A DNA stretch of 64,000 nucleotides from Candidatus Moraniibacteriota bacterium (GCA_041583775.1 JBFHFF010000004.1:2428-66427); one strand, 5' to 3'; positions 18,025-28,034 are shown, counted from the first letter of the stretch. Notes: generated by a model not told the origin, from the sequence alone. Numbers and translations: made by a program.

Positions 18025-18064
18025 AACGGTCCAATGCAAATTCGCATTGGACCGTTCTCTTTTT
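18025..18064 (+). terminator. Intrinsic terminator
   Basis: AACGGTCCAATGC-aaattc-GCATTGGACCGTT then CTCTTTTT. Confidence 0.75.
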
Positions 18065-18202
18065 GCAAACAGCTGGTAAATGTCGTAGAATAAAAACAAG
18101 TATTAGAATATTCACCCAATTGGATATATAATTTTAAACAAAGTACAAAGAATTATTTCAAAAAATAGGGGCAGGGGGTTTTAATCAAGAACCAAAAACA
18201 AA

Positions 18203-18868
18203 ATGGCTAAACTAAAAAATCTTCATAAAATCGAATGGCCCAGAGAAAAACTTCTGCACTATGGTGCTGGCAAACTTTCAAAATCAGAACTCCTAGCAAT
18301 TCTTTTGCGAACAGGAGCAAAAGGCGTGGATGTGGTGGAATTGTCCAAAAAAATACTAAGGAAATTTCCTCAATTCTCTTTGGCTGATGCGAATATCAAT
18401 GACTTGAAAAACACTTACGGATTAGGCGAAGCAAAAGCCTGTGAGATTGTGGCTTGCTTTGAGTTGGGAAGAAGGATGTTGAAAGGAAAAAAAGCCAATT
18501 TAATTCTTTCGCCAAAAGATGTTTGGGAAAATCTGAAAGACATCAGGAACAACAAAAAAGAACATTTTGTTGTTTTTTATTTAGATGCCAGAAATCAGGA
18601 AATTAAAAAGGAAACAATTTCAGTGGGGACTCTCAATGCCAGCTTGGTTCATCCCAGAGAAGTCTTTGAACCAGCCATCATCCACAGCGCTGCGCAAATC
18701 ATCGTCGCACATAATCATCCATCAGGATCTTCCAAGCCATCAAACGATGATTTGGAAGTGACCAAAAGACTGAAAGAAGCGGGAAGGATTTTGGGGATCG
18801 AAGTGATGGATCATGTGATTGTGACGAATGATAGTTTTTTTAGTATGAAAGAAGAGAATGTTTTTTAG
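18203..18868 (+). CDS. radC: RadC (JAB/MPN domain) protein
   Basis: PREKL, ELLAILLRTG, VHPREVF, HNHPSG, DHVIV. Confidence 0.95.
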   Translation: MAKLKNLHKIEWPREKLLHYGAGKLSKSELLAILLRTGAKGVDVVELSKKILRKFPQFSLADANINDLKNTYGLGEAKACEIVACFELGRRMLKGKKANLILSPKDVWENLKDIRNNKKEHFVVFYLDARNQEIKKETISVGTLNASLVHPREVFEPAIIHSAAQIIVAHNHPSGSSKPSNDDLEVTKRLKEAGRILGIEVMDHVIVTNDSFFSMKEENVF

Positions 18869-19031
18869 GATTTAAAATAAAGTTATAAGGAAAAAACCTG
18901 AGGAAAAAATATCCACTTTATTTATGGGTATAAATAAATTAGTAGTTCTATGTATCCTTGAGTTATCCGGGGATATTTTAAAATAGCGAATTTGAAAAAA
19001 AGGAGGTTCTTAATAATAAATATATACAAAA

Positions 19032-21920
19032 ATGAAAAAGACACTTTTGTGGATATTGATTTTTTTTGTGTTGTTTGCCCCTTTGCAATTTAGAAATTTT
19101 ACGCTTGTTAGTTCTAGTGCCGAAGACAATGAGTCTCTACCAACACCTTCCTCACCAGAATTTATGCGTGTGATTGATGAGGATGAAACTTGGACAAAAG
19201 ATGGCGGAGTGGAAATTACAAACGGAGTAATCATCGAAAACGGAGCGACTCTCACAATTGAGCCTGGAACAAAGGTCAGTTTTAAAAAAGAAGAAGGCGG
19301 ACAGGCACCATTTATATGGATAATGGATGGGAAGATAGATGCAAATGGAACCGTGGAAGAAGGAATCAATTTTACTTCTGAGCAGGATTTGAGTGGATTC
19401 TTTTTGATTTTTGATGATAGAGGAGGGCATGAGTCTTTTTTTAGATATGTCACCATAGAAAAAGGTGGTGGAAAAATTGAAACAGAGGAAATTGAAGATC
19501 CTGTAATAATGAGTTCTGTCCAAGAAATACAGAAAGGGAGAAGTTCTATTTTCAACATTGCAGTTGCTGAGGAGTTGCCAGAGAATCCTTCTGTGTTTTT
19601 AGCAGAACGCTATCCATCAGTGATTACCTATCTGAAAGGAAGGGTTCACTTTGAAAACTCAAAGTTTATCAAAAACAACGATGCAGTTTTCTATGTAGAT
19701 CACTATTTTGAAGAGAATGAGGAAACAGAAGTTCAACTGGAAATTGTAAATTCAAATTTCAATGAAAATGAAAAGGAACTTGCCGTGCTTTCAAATTTCA
19801 ATGGTGGAGAGAATATCAACCCTGAGGAGTGTGCAAGTAAACTATTGTTGAAAAACAATTGGTACGGAAAAATGTTAGGAGCTCAGGCGATATACCAATA
19901 TCCAGAGGATTACTTGGAAAAAGATGACTTATTCAGCGATTCATTTGCAGGAGAGAAAATAGTTGGTATGTTTTTCAAACAGGAAATGTTTCGCTCCAAT
20001 GAACTGATTGCTGATCCAGTCGTGATTGTCCCGGGGATCACTTGTTCTGGCAGAGTCCCAGAAGTGGGAGACTGGAAATTGGACCCAGTTTTGCACACCT
20101 ATGACGATTTGGTCGATTCATTGAAAAGAAATGGCTTTGTGGAGAATATCAATCTTTTCTACTTTCCATATCAATGGAGAGACAGCAATGTTGAAACTGC
20201 TAAATTGCTGAAAGAAAAAGTCTCTGAAGTTAAAGAAAAAACAAAAGTTTCAAAAGTTGATTTGGTGGCTCATTCGATGGGCGGACTGGTCGCAAGACAG
20301 TTCATTCAATTTGAAGACAAGGATAATTCAATTGATCAACTAATAACGCTTGGAACGCCACACAGAGGTTCACCGGAGGCATATTTGAAGTGGGAAGGTG
20401 GAACAGATGGGTTCCTGGGTTTCGATGATAGCATCGCTAAAAATATTTTTAGAGCAGAAGCTTTTCATGAACTCTATGGTTTTGATCTACATAGATATAT
20501 CCAAGAAAGAGTTCCTTCGGTGGGAGAACTTTTGCCAGACTATGATTATCTATTTGATGTGAAAACGGATAGTATGAGAGAGTATCCTGAAAATTATCCT
20601 CGCAATGAATTTTTGGAAAATTTGAACAAAGAAGAAAATATCAAAAATTTGGAGAAAGTAGATTTTGTTAATATCATGGGAGAGGTTGATCTAGAAGCAT
20701 CTACACTTTCAAAAATAAAAATAGAAAATAGCTCAAAAGAGGACAAATGGGAGCATGGTATGCCAGAAGACTTTTATGATGGTGATTCTAAGAATGGATT
20801 AGTGAATGAAAAGGGCGATGAAACAGTTCCAATTTTTAGCGCAAAAAGTGCTCCCGTAAATAAAATAATAGAAATTAATTCTAAGCACAATCAACTTCCA
20901 ACAAAAGCACAATGTGAGGTTTTTAAGGAACTAACACAGGAAAATAATTGTTCATATGACGAAGATGCTGTGATTACCAATGTTTTGACTTTTGGAGTTT
21001 TTTCTCCAATTGATGTGCAAGTTGTTGCTCCAGATGGAAAAAGAATTGGGAAAAACTTTGAAACAGGCGAGATTTTCAATGAAATTGAGAAAGCCTTCTA
21101 TTCCGGATTTGAGACTGAAAATGAATTTGTCACCATCCCAAACCCAATGGACGGGGAATACAGGATTTTGACTCAAGGCGTGGGGAACGGAGAATATCGA
21201 ATTGAAGTTGCAAAGATTCAAGAAGAGGAAGGAGAGGCTAAGGAATCAATGATTGCCTTTGAAGGAGTTTCACGGATTGGACAAGAAGAAGAGAAAACAT
21301 TTAAAATTTCAGAAAATGAAATCGTTGGCGGGGAGGAAAAAGATGAACTGCCTCCGACAATTGAAATTTCTAGCCCAGAAGAAGGAGAATCATATACAAA
21401 TAATGTTGATCTAGAGATTAGCGTGAATGTTGAAGATGACAGCACCGCTCAAGAGAAAATTGAGATTCAGATGAGGCTAGATGAAGAGCTTTTTGAAGGA
21501 AATGAATTGGAATTGCCATTGATGCCTCTTGGCGAACACAGTTTCGAGGTGCAGACGATGGATGAAGCTGGAAACAAAGCAACAAAAGAAATAAACTTTT
21601 CCACGAAAACAGACATAGATGCATTAATTTCAAATGTGAGTTATTATTATGATAAAGGTTTGATTAAAAATAAAAGAGAAGAAAAAGTTCTCACTTCTAT
21701 GCTTTTGAGCATCAAGAGTCTGATGCTACATAGAGACCATTTTTTAATATATAAGAAATTTTATCGGAGGGATGGTAGGATGGAAGAAATGTTTGAGAGA
21801 ATGATTAACTGGAGAATAGATTCTGTGGTTAGATTTATTGAGAGAAGGGGTGAGCGTTTTATTGATGACTCCGCCAAGAGTCTGCTGATCGGTAGTCTGC
21901 AGTATTTGAAAATAAATTAA
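19032..21920 (+). CDS. Large secreted protein with alpha/beta-hydrolase (lipase/LCAT-like) domain and Ig-like C-terminal modules
   Basis: Signal peptide; PVVIVPG, YQWR, AHSMGGLVAR, TLGTPHRGS, GDETVP and SKHNQLP; N-terminal beta-helix-like LTIEPGT. Confidence 0.85.
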   Translation: MKKTLLWILIFFVLFAPLQFRNFTLVSSSAEDNESLPTPSSPEFMRVIDEDETWTKDGGVEITNGVIIENGATLTIEPGTKVSFKKEEGGQAPFIWIMDGKIDANGTVEEGINFTSEQDLSGFFLIFDDRGGHESFFRYVTIEKGGGKIETEEIEDPVIMSSVQEIQKGRSSIFNIAVAEELPENPSVFLAERYPSVITYLKGRVHFENSKFIKNNDAVFYVDHYFEENEETEVQLEIVNSNFNENEKELAVLSNFNGGENINPEECASKLLLKNNWYGKMLGAQAIYQYPEDYLEKDDLFSDSFAGEKIVGMFFKQEMFRSNELIADPVVIVPGITCSGRVPEVGDWKLDPVLHTYDDLVDSLKRNGFVENINLFYFPYQWRDSNVETAKLLKEKVSEVKEKTKVSKVDLVAHSMGGLVARQFIQFEDKDNSIDQLITLGTPHRGSPEAYLKWEGGTDGFLGFDDSIAKNIFRAEAFHELYGFDLHRYIQERVPSVGELLPDYDYLFDVKTDSMREYPENYPRNEFLENLNKEENIKNLEKVDFVNIMGEVDLEASTLSKIKIENSSKEDKWEHGMPEDFYDGDSKNGLVNEKGDETVPIFSAKSAPVNKIIEINSKHNQLPTKAQCEVFKELTQENNCSYDEDAVITNVLTFGVFSPIDVQVVAPDGKRIGKNFETGEIFNEIEKAFYSGFETENEFVTIPNPMDGEYRILTQGVGNGEYRIEVAKIQEEEGEAKESMIAFEGVSRIGQEEEKTFKISENEIVGGEEKDELPPTIEISSPEEGESYTNNVDLEISVNVEDDSTAQEKIEIQMRLDEELFEGNELELPLMPLGEHSFEVQTMDEAGNKATKEINFSTKTDIDALISNVSYYYDKGLIKNKREEKVLTSMLLSIKSLMLHRDHFLIYKKFYRRDGRMEEMFERMINWRIDSVVRFIERRGERFIDDSAKSLLIGSLQYLKIN

Positions 21921-21937
21921 TAAGTAAAAATAAAAAT

Positions 21938-22240
21938 ATGTTTTGGTCAAGTCCGAGTGCTGATTTAGATATTACTAAGTTTCTGATTTTTATTTCGTTC
22001 TGTGTAGCAGGCTTTCTTTTCTATAAAAGAAGAAACTTACTTCTTAGTCTGACAGTGTTCTCTGTGTTGAGTAATATAGTGGCATATTTATTAATTTACA
22101 CAAGATCAAGGATTTTTGCCGTTTATGATATGCATGGGGTGGCAGATTTTGCACAAAAACCTTGGCCATTAATCAACCTTGCGTTGTTGGCAGTTGTGGT
22201 GACATTGTATTTTAAGAACAAAAAAGTGTTGAAAAAATAA
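21938..22240 (+). CDS. Small 3-TM membrane protein
   Basis: Hydrophobic ORF 17 nt after the hydrolase stop. Confidence 0.7.
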   Translation: MFWSSPSADLDITKFLIFISFCVAGFLFYKRRNLLLSLTVFSVLSNIVAYLLIYTRSRIFAVYDMHGVADFAQKPWPLINLALLAVVVTLYFKNKKVLKK

Positions 22241-22291
22241 CAGAAAAGTCACTGGAGTGGGGAATTGGAATCTTTTAATCAACACTGTACT

Positions 22292-22341
22292 GGTCCAAGT
22301 TTGCCTGCCCGTACTGGTCCTTCAGGCGGGTAACTCGGACC
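22292..22341. repeat. Nested REP-like palindromes
   Basis: GGTCCAAGTT/AACTCGGACC arms enclosing CCTGCC...AGGCGGG; another small palindrome GGGTC-aca-GACCC at about 22384-22396. Confidence 0.6.
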
Positions 22342-22437
22342 TTTTTTTAAATTCAACAAGAATAAGCACATAAAAAGTGAACTGGGTCACAGACCCGCTC
22401 CAGCACAAATGACTAGTATAATCAGAAACAATTTTTA

Positions 22438-22457
22438 GTCATTACATGTGTAATGAC
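22438..22457. promoter_or_regulatory. Operator-like perfect inverted repeat upstream of the GNAT gene
   Basis: GTCATTACA-tg-TGTAATGAC. Confidence 0.4.
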
Positions 22458-22525
22458 ATATGTAAGTAAATAAAATTTAAAAACATTGTTTATGTGTTTT
22501 GAAACATATAAACGGTGACAACAGG

Positions 22526-23050
22526 ATGGAAATTAGAACAGCTAATTTAGAGGATATTGAGCAGTATACAGATTTATTGCAACAAACCTATCAGCATGCC
22601 TATATAAAAGAAAGTATTGGGTTGACCGCAGATTGTTTTTCTAGGGAAATTTTTAATAGTGACGACACCCAAAAATATTTAAAAACTAGTTTGGTTGATA
22701 CGGCTAATCAAAAAACTTGGTTGGCTTTTGACGGCAACAAACTGATTGGTTCGGTAACTTGTGCTTTGGAGAATAGTCAAAAAGCTGAATTAAAAGGTTT
22801 TTATGTTCGAAAAGAATACCAAGGGCAAGGGATTGGCAAAAAGCTTTATGACTTAGCGTTAGAATTTGCTGAAAATCGGGATTTATTTTTGGATATTTAC
22901 ACTCACAATACAAAAACAATCGAGCTCTATGAAAAGTGGGGTTGGAAATTGGATTCGTCTCGGGGAGAGAAAGGCTATTTTGTACGACATTGGCCAGAGT
23001 GGCCGAAGGGGTTGGATGCAAAATGCATGTATATGAAATTAGAAAGATAA
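22526..23050 (+). CDS. GNAT family N-acetyltransferase
   Basis: FYVRKEYQGQGIGKKL and NTKTIELYEKWGW. Confidence 0.9.
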   Translation: MEIRTANLEDIEQYTDLLQQTYQHAYIKESIGLTADCFSREIFNSDDTQKYLKTSLVDTANQKTWLAFDGNKLIGSVTCALENSQKAELKGFYVRKEYQGQGIGKKLYDLALEFAENRDLFLDIYTHNTKTIELYEKWGWKLDSSRGEKGYFVRHWPEWPKGLDAKCMYMKLER

Positions 23051-23071
23051 TTTTATAACTTATTTTAAAAA

Positions 23072-23242
23072 ATGAGAAAATTAGAAGATCAAAATGTTCG
23101 TAAATTAACCAAAGTTGGCAAACAGTCCATCGCTGTGACAATTCCGATTGAGATTGTTCGGGAGCTCAAATGGAGGGAGAAACAGAAGGTGGTTGTGACA
23201 AGAGTTAGGGGAGGTGTTATGATTAAGGACTGGAAAAAGTGA
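23072..23242 (+). CDS. AbrB/MazE/SpoVT-type DNA-binding protein (56 aa, below the ORF-track cutoff)
   Basis: Own translation: MRKLEDQNVRKLTKVGKQSIAVTIPIEIVRELKWREKQKVVVTRVRGGVMIKDWKK. Confidence 0.8.
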   Translation: MRKLEDQNVRKLTKVGKQSIAVTIPIEIVRELKWREKQKVVVTRVRGGVMIKDWKK

Positions 23243-23421
23243 AAATATTTAAAAATCTTCTCAAAACATAAAATATCAAAAAGGTAGATGTCAGAGAAAT
23301 AATTGGCTGATTTTTGTGAGTTTAAAAGAGAAAAATTTGTTACAATCTTAAATGTAATGCCAATTTTTCTAGAATAAAAGGACTAAAATCGTATGACATA
23401 TAATACAGTAGGGTTGTGGTA

Positions 23422-23449
23422 TTGACAATAAAATCATAGGTTATATAAT
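23422..23449 (+). promoter_or_regulatory. Consensus sigma70 promoter, probably giving a leaderless mRNA for the R-M operon
   Basis: TTGACA-16 nt-TATAAT ending 6 nt before ATG 23456. Confidence 0.65.
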
Positions 23450-23455
23450 ATATTT

Positions 23456-24022
23456 ATGAATAATAAAAGATTATATAAATTAACTAATATCGCAGAAATC
23501 TTTTCGGGATATTCCTTTAGGGGGGCTGTGCGTGAAGACAAAAATAGCCAAGTTTTTTTGATTCAAGCTAAGGACACAAGGAATTATTTGTCTGTAACGG
23601 AGGAAGATTTGAAGAAAATTACTGAAGAAAATTGTGGGGATAGATTTATAAAAAATGGCGATGTGGTGATAAGTGCGCGTGGATTTTTTTCAGCCACTGT
23701 TATTAATTCAAAAGAAAAAATAATCGGATCTTCCTCAGTTTATATTATAAAACCAGAGCAAAAAAAAATATTGTCTAAATACCTAGCAATTTATTTGAAT
23801 TCAAGAGTGGGACAAGCAGAAATAAAAAAATATGAAATTGGCTCAAGTATAAAAACAATTTTGATCGGTGATTTAAGAAATATTCAAATTGAAATTCCGA
23901 ATTTGAAAAAACAGCAAAAGATTGTTGAGTTATATGAAAATATTCAGAGGCAAAATGAACTCTTAGAAAAGAAAAAAGAAATTAATAAAAATATAATGGA
24001 AGCAATATTTATAAATAAATAA
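23456..24022 (+). CDS. Half-size (single TRD) HsdS-like subunit
   Basis: LTNIAEIFSG...GDVVISARG...YLAIYLNS...IPNLKKQQKIV. Confidence 0.8.
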   Translation: MNNKRLYKLTNIAEIFSGYSFRGAVREDKNSQVFLIQAKDTRNYLSVTEEDLKKITEENCGDRFIKNGDVVISARGFFSATVINSKEKIIGSSSVYIIKPEQKKILSKYLAIYLNSRVGQAEIKKYEIGSSIKTILIGDLRNIQIEIPNLKKQQKIVELYENIQRQNELLEKKKEINKNIMEAIFINK

Positions 24023-24026
24023 AATT

Positions 24027-25541
24027 ATGATACCAAAAAAATATACACAAGAAGATTTGAATAATACTCTTTGGGCAGCAGCTGATTCATCTAGAAGTAG
24101 TGTGGATGGGGGAATTTACAAGGATTATGCTTTGGCAATGTTATTTTTTAAATACATCAGTGATAAATCAAAAAAACAATTAGAAGAATACACAAAAAGA
24201 TTTGGCAAAGATAAGGAAAGAATTGCACAAAAAATGAAAAATGACCGTTTCTATTTGCCACCAAAAGCTACTTTTGATTATATTTATAGCGCTATCGAGA
24301 GCGATAAGATTGGTGAAGAAATCAATATAGCCTTACATGCTATTGAAGATAATAACAAGGAAAAATTAGGTGGTGTTTTTAGTGCGATTGATTTTAATTC
24401 TGAAGCTACACTGGGAAAGTTAGAACAACGCAACAAAATGATTCGTCATTTGATTAATGATTTTGCCAAAATAGATTTTAGTGATGTCAAAGAGGATGTG
24501 ATTGGCGATGCCTATATGTATATGATTGAACGCTTTGGAGCGGATGCTGGAAAGAAAGCAGGGGAATTTTTTACTAGACGATCAGTTGCATCTTTGGTGG
24601 CAAGATTAGCTAATCCAAAACCGGGAGACAGAATTTGCGATCCAGCGATGGGAAGCGCAGGTCTTTTGTTATTGGCTGGAGAAGAAGTGGAAAAAAAGGG
24701 TTCAAAAAATTATGCTCTATATGGGCAAGAGTCAACAGGAAGCACTTATCAATTGGCTAGGATGAATGTCTATTTGCATGGCAAAGATCATGCTCGCTTG
24801 GAATGGGGTGACACTTTGAATCAACCAGCACTAACAGAAAATGATAAATTGATGAAGTTCGATGTCTGTGTTGCTAATCCACCCTTTTCTCTGAAGAAGT
24901 GGGGGGCAGAAAGTGCTGAAAGCGATAAATACAAAAGATTTTGGCGTGGAACTCCTCCAAAAGACAAAGGAGATTTTGCTTTTATTACTCATATGGTGGA
25001 GACAGCTAAACCTAAAAAAGGTAGGGTATCGGTTATCGTCCCTCACGGTGTGCTTTTTCGTGGAGGAGCAGAAGGAAAAATTCGTGAGCAATTCATTCAA
25101 GAAAATATAATTGACGCGGTGATCGGACTGCCAGCCAATCTTTTTTCCACTACGGGTATTCCAGTGGCAATTTTAGTAATTGATAGATCAAGAGAAGTTG
25201 GCGGAACAAATGAAAACAAAAAAGACATTCTTTTTATTGAAGCTTCCAAGGAATTCCGTTCCGGAAAAGCGCAAAATCATTTAGACGAGGTGCATATTGA
25301 AAAAATTCTAGATACATATGACAAAAGAAAAGATGTGAAAAAATTTGCACATGTGGCAGATTTTAAGGAGATTGAGGAGAATGATTTTAATCTCAATATC
25401 ACTCGTTATGTGGATACTTTTGTTGAGGAAGAGCCGATTGATATCAAAGCTAATTTGAAAGAGCTGGAGAAACTTAACCCGGAGATTGAGAAATTGGAGA
25501 AAGAAATGGGGAAATATTTAAGAGAGTTAAACATTAAGTAG
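24027..25541 (+). CDS. hsdM: Type I R-M methyltransferase subunit M (N6-adenine)
   Basis: AGEFFT, DPAMGSAGLL, ANPPF, VPHGVLFRGG, FNLNITRY. Confidence 0.96.
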   Translation: MIPKKYTQEDLNNTLWAAADSSRSSVDGGIYKDYALAMLFFKYISDKSKKQLEEYTKRFGKDKERIAQKMKNDRFYLPPKATFDYIYSAIESDKIGEEINIALHAIEDNNKEKLGGVFSAIDFNSEATLGKLEQRNKMIRHLINDFAKIDFSDVKEDVIGDAYMYMIERFGADAGKKAGEFFTRRSVASLVARLANPKPGDRICDPAMGSAGLLLLAGEEVEKKGSKNYALYGQESTGSTYQLARMNVYLHGKDHARLEWGDTLNQPALTENDKLMKFDVCVANPPFSLKKWGAESAESDKYKRFWRGTPPKDKGDFAFITHMVETAKPKKGRVSVIVPHGVLFRGGAEGKIREQFIQENIIDAVIGLPANLFSTTGIPVAILVIDRSREVGGTNENKKDILFIEASKEFRSGKAQNHLDEVHIEKILDTYDKRKDVKKFAHVADFKEIEENDFNLNITRYVDTFVEEEPIDIKANLKELEKLNPEIEKLEKEMGKYLRELNIK

Positions 25542-25547
25542 AGATAT

Positions 25548-25790
25548 ATGAGAAATAAAACATTAAAAACAACAAAAGAGACTTCAACTGGTCTAAATAA
25601 AAAAAGTATTGATTTGAAAAATCTTTCTGAAAAGGAAAATAAAGAGCTTATTAAAAAAGCTGATGCTGGAAATCTTCCTGGATATCATACTGTTAAAGCT
25701 GATGGTAAGAAAAAATTCTTAAGATCAAATCCTGATCGAAAGAAGAGTAACAATCTTGATCCTAAAATATCAAAAAAGGGTAAAAAATAA
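25548..25790 (+). CDS. Small basic protein, DUF3892-like
   Basis: GKKKFLRSNPDRKKSNNLD resembles the DUF3892 C-terminal motif; tightly packed in the operon. Confidence 0.55.
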   Translation: MRNKTLKTTKETSTGLNKKSIDLKNLSEKENKELIKKADAGNLPGYHTVKADGKKKFLRSNPDRKKSNNLDPKISKKGKK

Positions 25791-25804
25791 ATTAAAGGAT
25801 AACT

Positions 25805-26794
25805 ATGGCAAAAGCCCGATATAAAAATTTAGTAGATAAATCTGTACAGGCAGCAGTTTCTGCTATTGAGATTTACAATAAGCCAGATTTTAAATATCGG
25901 GAAGAGACTTTTGCTATCCTTATGATTAATGCCTGGGAGTTGTTGTTTAAAGCAAAAATCCTTTTAGATAATGATGGTAGGTTAAAAAGTATATATATTC
26001 CAGATAGGACTGAGAATTCAAAAGGAGAAAAATTAAAACGTTTTTATCCTAAAAAAAATCGCTCAGGAAATCCTCTAACTCTTGATATATTCTCATCAAT
26101 AAAACTTCTTAAGATAGATAATACTCTAAGTAAGAATATAGGTTTAATGGTTGAAATTAGGGACAATGCTATTCATTTTGTGAATGATTCAAAAGAATTT
26201 GAGAAAATAGTTCTTGAGATAGGAACAGCGACACTAAGAAGTTTTGTAACTTTGGTAAATGAATGGTTTGATTGTGATTTGGCAAATTATAATTTTTATT
26301 TAATGCCTATATCATTTTTTCATACTTTTGAAATGGAGAGCTTTTCTGTTAACAAAAAGAGTAAACAAAAAGAAAATTTTTTTGCTTTTATTTCAAATGA
26401 ATTAAATGAAAACTCTGCTGATTTAAATAAAAAACATAACATCGCATTGAGACTAGAGACAAGATTTGAAAAATCTAAATCAGTTGATGCACTGGCAGTG
26501 AGATATTCAAAAGATTCGCCAATTGTAGTAAGGCAAGAAATGGAAAATCGTATTCATGAAGGATTAAAAAACAAAAGTTTGTTTTCTCATGAAGACTTCG
26601 TTTCAAAATTAAGAGAAAAGATTCCAAATTTTAAAATAGACAAAGATTTTAATAAGCAGAAAAATGAAATGAAGAAAGATTCAAAATATTGTCTGACAGC
26701 GTATTTAAATCCCTTGGAAAAAAGCGGAACAAAAAGGCACTACTGGACAACGGAAGCAATGAAAAAAATTAAAATTCTATATGACAAAAAATAA
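25805..26794 (+). CDS. DUF3644-family protein with HEPN-type RxxxxH motif
   Basis: SAIEIYNKP...FAILMINAWELLFKA and EIRDNAIHF. Confidence 0.82.
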   Translation: MAKARYKNLVDKSVQAAVSAIEIYNKPDFKYREETFAILMINAWELLFKAKILLDNDGRLKSIYIPDRTENSKGEKLKRFYPKKNRSGNPLTLDIFSSIKLLKIDNTLSKNIGLMVEIRDNAIHFVNDSKEFEKIVLEIGTATLRSFVTLVNEWFDCDLANYNFYLMPISFFHTFEMESFSVNKKSKQKENFFAFISNELNENSADLNKKHNIALRLETRFEKSKSVDALAVRYSKDSPIVVRQEMENRIHEGLKNKSLFSHEDFVSKLREKIPNFKIDKDFNKQKNEMKKDSKYCLTAYLNPLEKSGTKRHYWTTEAMKKIKILYDKK

Positions 26795-28034
26795 ATCACA
26801 AAAAAATATACCTGATGGGTGGCAAGAAATAAAGCTCGGAGAGATATCCAGTGTGTTTGATGGTACTCATCAAACACCAAATTATACAAAAAGTGGAATC
26901 CCATTTTACAGCGTAGAGCATTTGACAGCAAATGACTTTACGGATACGAAATATGTTTCAGAGGAAGTTTTTGAGCGAGAATCCAAGAGGGTTAAAATTG
27001 AGAAAGGTGACATTTTGATGACAAGAATAGGCGATGTAGGAACAGCTAGACATATAAATTGGGATGTGAAAGCATCTTTTTATGTATCACTTGCCTTAAT
27101 TAAATGCAAAAAAGATGTGAACGCAAAATTTTTAACTTTTTTTATAAACTCAGCATATTTTCAACGAGAAGTATGGGGCAAAACTATCCATGTTGCCTTT
27201 CCAAACAAGATAAACTTAGGAGATATAAGCAAATGCGTGTCCATTCTCCCTCCTCTCCCCGAACAAAAACGCATTGTTGCGTTGCTGGAGGTTTGGGATG
27301 AGGTGGTTGAGAAATTGGGGAGGAAAATTGAGGTTAAGAAAAATATCAAAAAAGGTTTGATGCAGGAGCTTTTGAGTGGTAAAAAAAGATTGAGTGGGTT
27401 TAAAGAAGGGTGGCGAGATATAAAAATTTCCAAATTAGGAAAAAATTATTCTGGTATTACTGGAAAAAATAAAGATGATTTTGGTTCAGGAAAACCTTTT
27501 ATTTCATATATGAACATTTATTCCAATTCTAAATTGGATACTGATTTTAAAAGTTTTGTTGATATAAAAAATGGTGAAAAACAAAATGCTGCTAAATACG
27601 GTGATTTATTTTTTACAACATCATCAGAAACTCCCCATGAAGTTGGAATTAGCTCAGTATTATTGGATAAAAATGTAGGAGAATTATATTTAAACAGTTT
27701 TTGTTTTGGTTTTAGGTTGAATAATTTTAAAATATTAATTCCGGAATTTTCTCAATTTTATTTCAGAGGACAATATTTCAGGAAGCAAATGACGAGAATT
27801 GCACAAGGTGCAAGTAGGTTCAATTTATCTAAAAAATACTTTTTGGAAACAAAAATAAATATTCCGAAAGATATTAAAGAACAAAAAGCAATTGCAGATA
27901 TCTTAGTGACGGCTGATTGGGAAATTGAGAAATTGGAAGAAAAATTAAGAATCATTAAGGATCAAAAAAAATATCTTCTAAACAATCTCATCACCGGCGC
28001 AATCCGCACGCCCGAGAACTTATTAATTAATTAA
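26781..28034 (+). CDS. hsdS: Type I R-M specificity subunit S
   Basis: IPDGW, two TRDs, PPLPEQKRI and EQKAIADIL helices, KKGLMQELL. Confidence 0.95.
   Translation: MTKNKSQKNIPDGWQEIKLGEISSVFDGTHQTPNYTKSGIPFYSVEHLTANDFTDTKYVSEEVFERESKRVKIEKGDILMTRIGDVGTARHINWDVKASFYVSLALIKCKKDVNAKFLTFFINSAYFQREVWGKTIHVAFPNKINLGDISKCVSILPPLPEQKRIVALLEVWDEVVEKLGRKIEVKKNIKKGLMQELLSGKKRLSGFKEGWRDIKISKLGKNYSGITGKNKDDFGSGKPFISYMNIYSNSKLDTDFKSFVDIKNGEKQNAAKYGDLFFTTSSETPHEVGISSVLLDKNVGELYLNSFCFGFRLNNFKILIPEFSQFYFRGQYFRKQMTRIAQGASRFNLSKKYFLETKINIPKDIKEQKAIADILVTADWEIEKLEEKLRIIKDQKKYLLNNLITGAIRTPENLLIN

Noticed and set aside
19010-19558. Long antisense ORFs (also 2005..2469, 33926..34381, 44972..45403, 46363..46812, 54432..54740)
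   Set aside because: They overlap better-supported genes on the opposite strand and show no recognisable motifs
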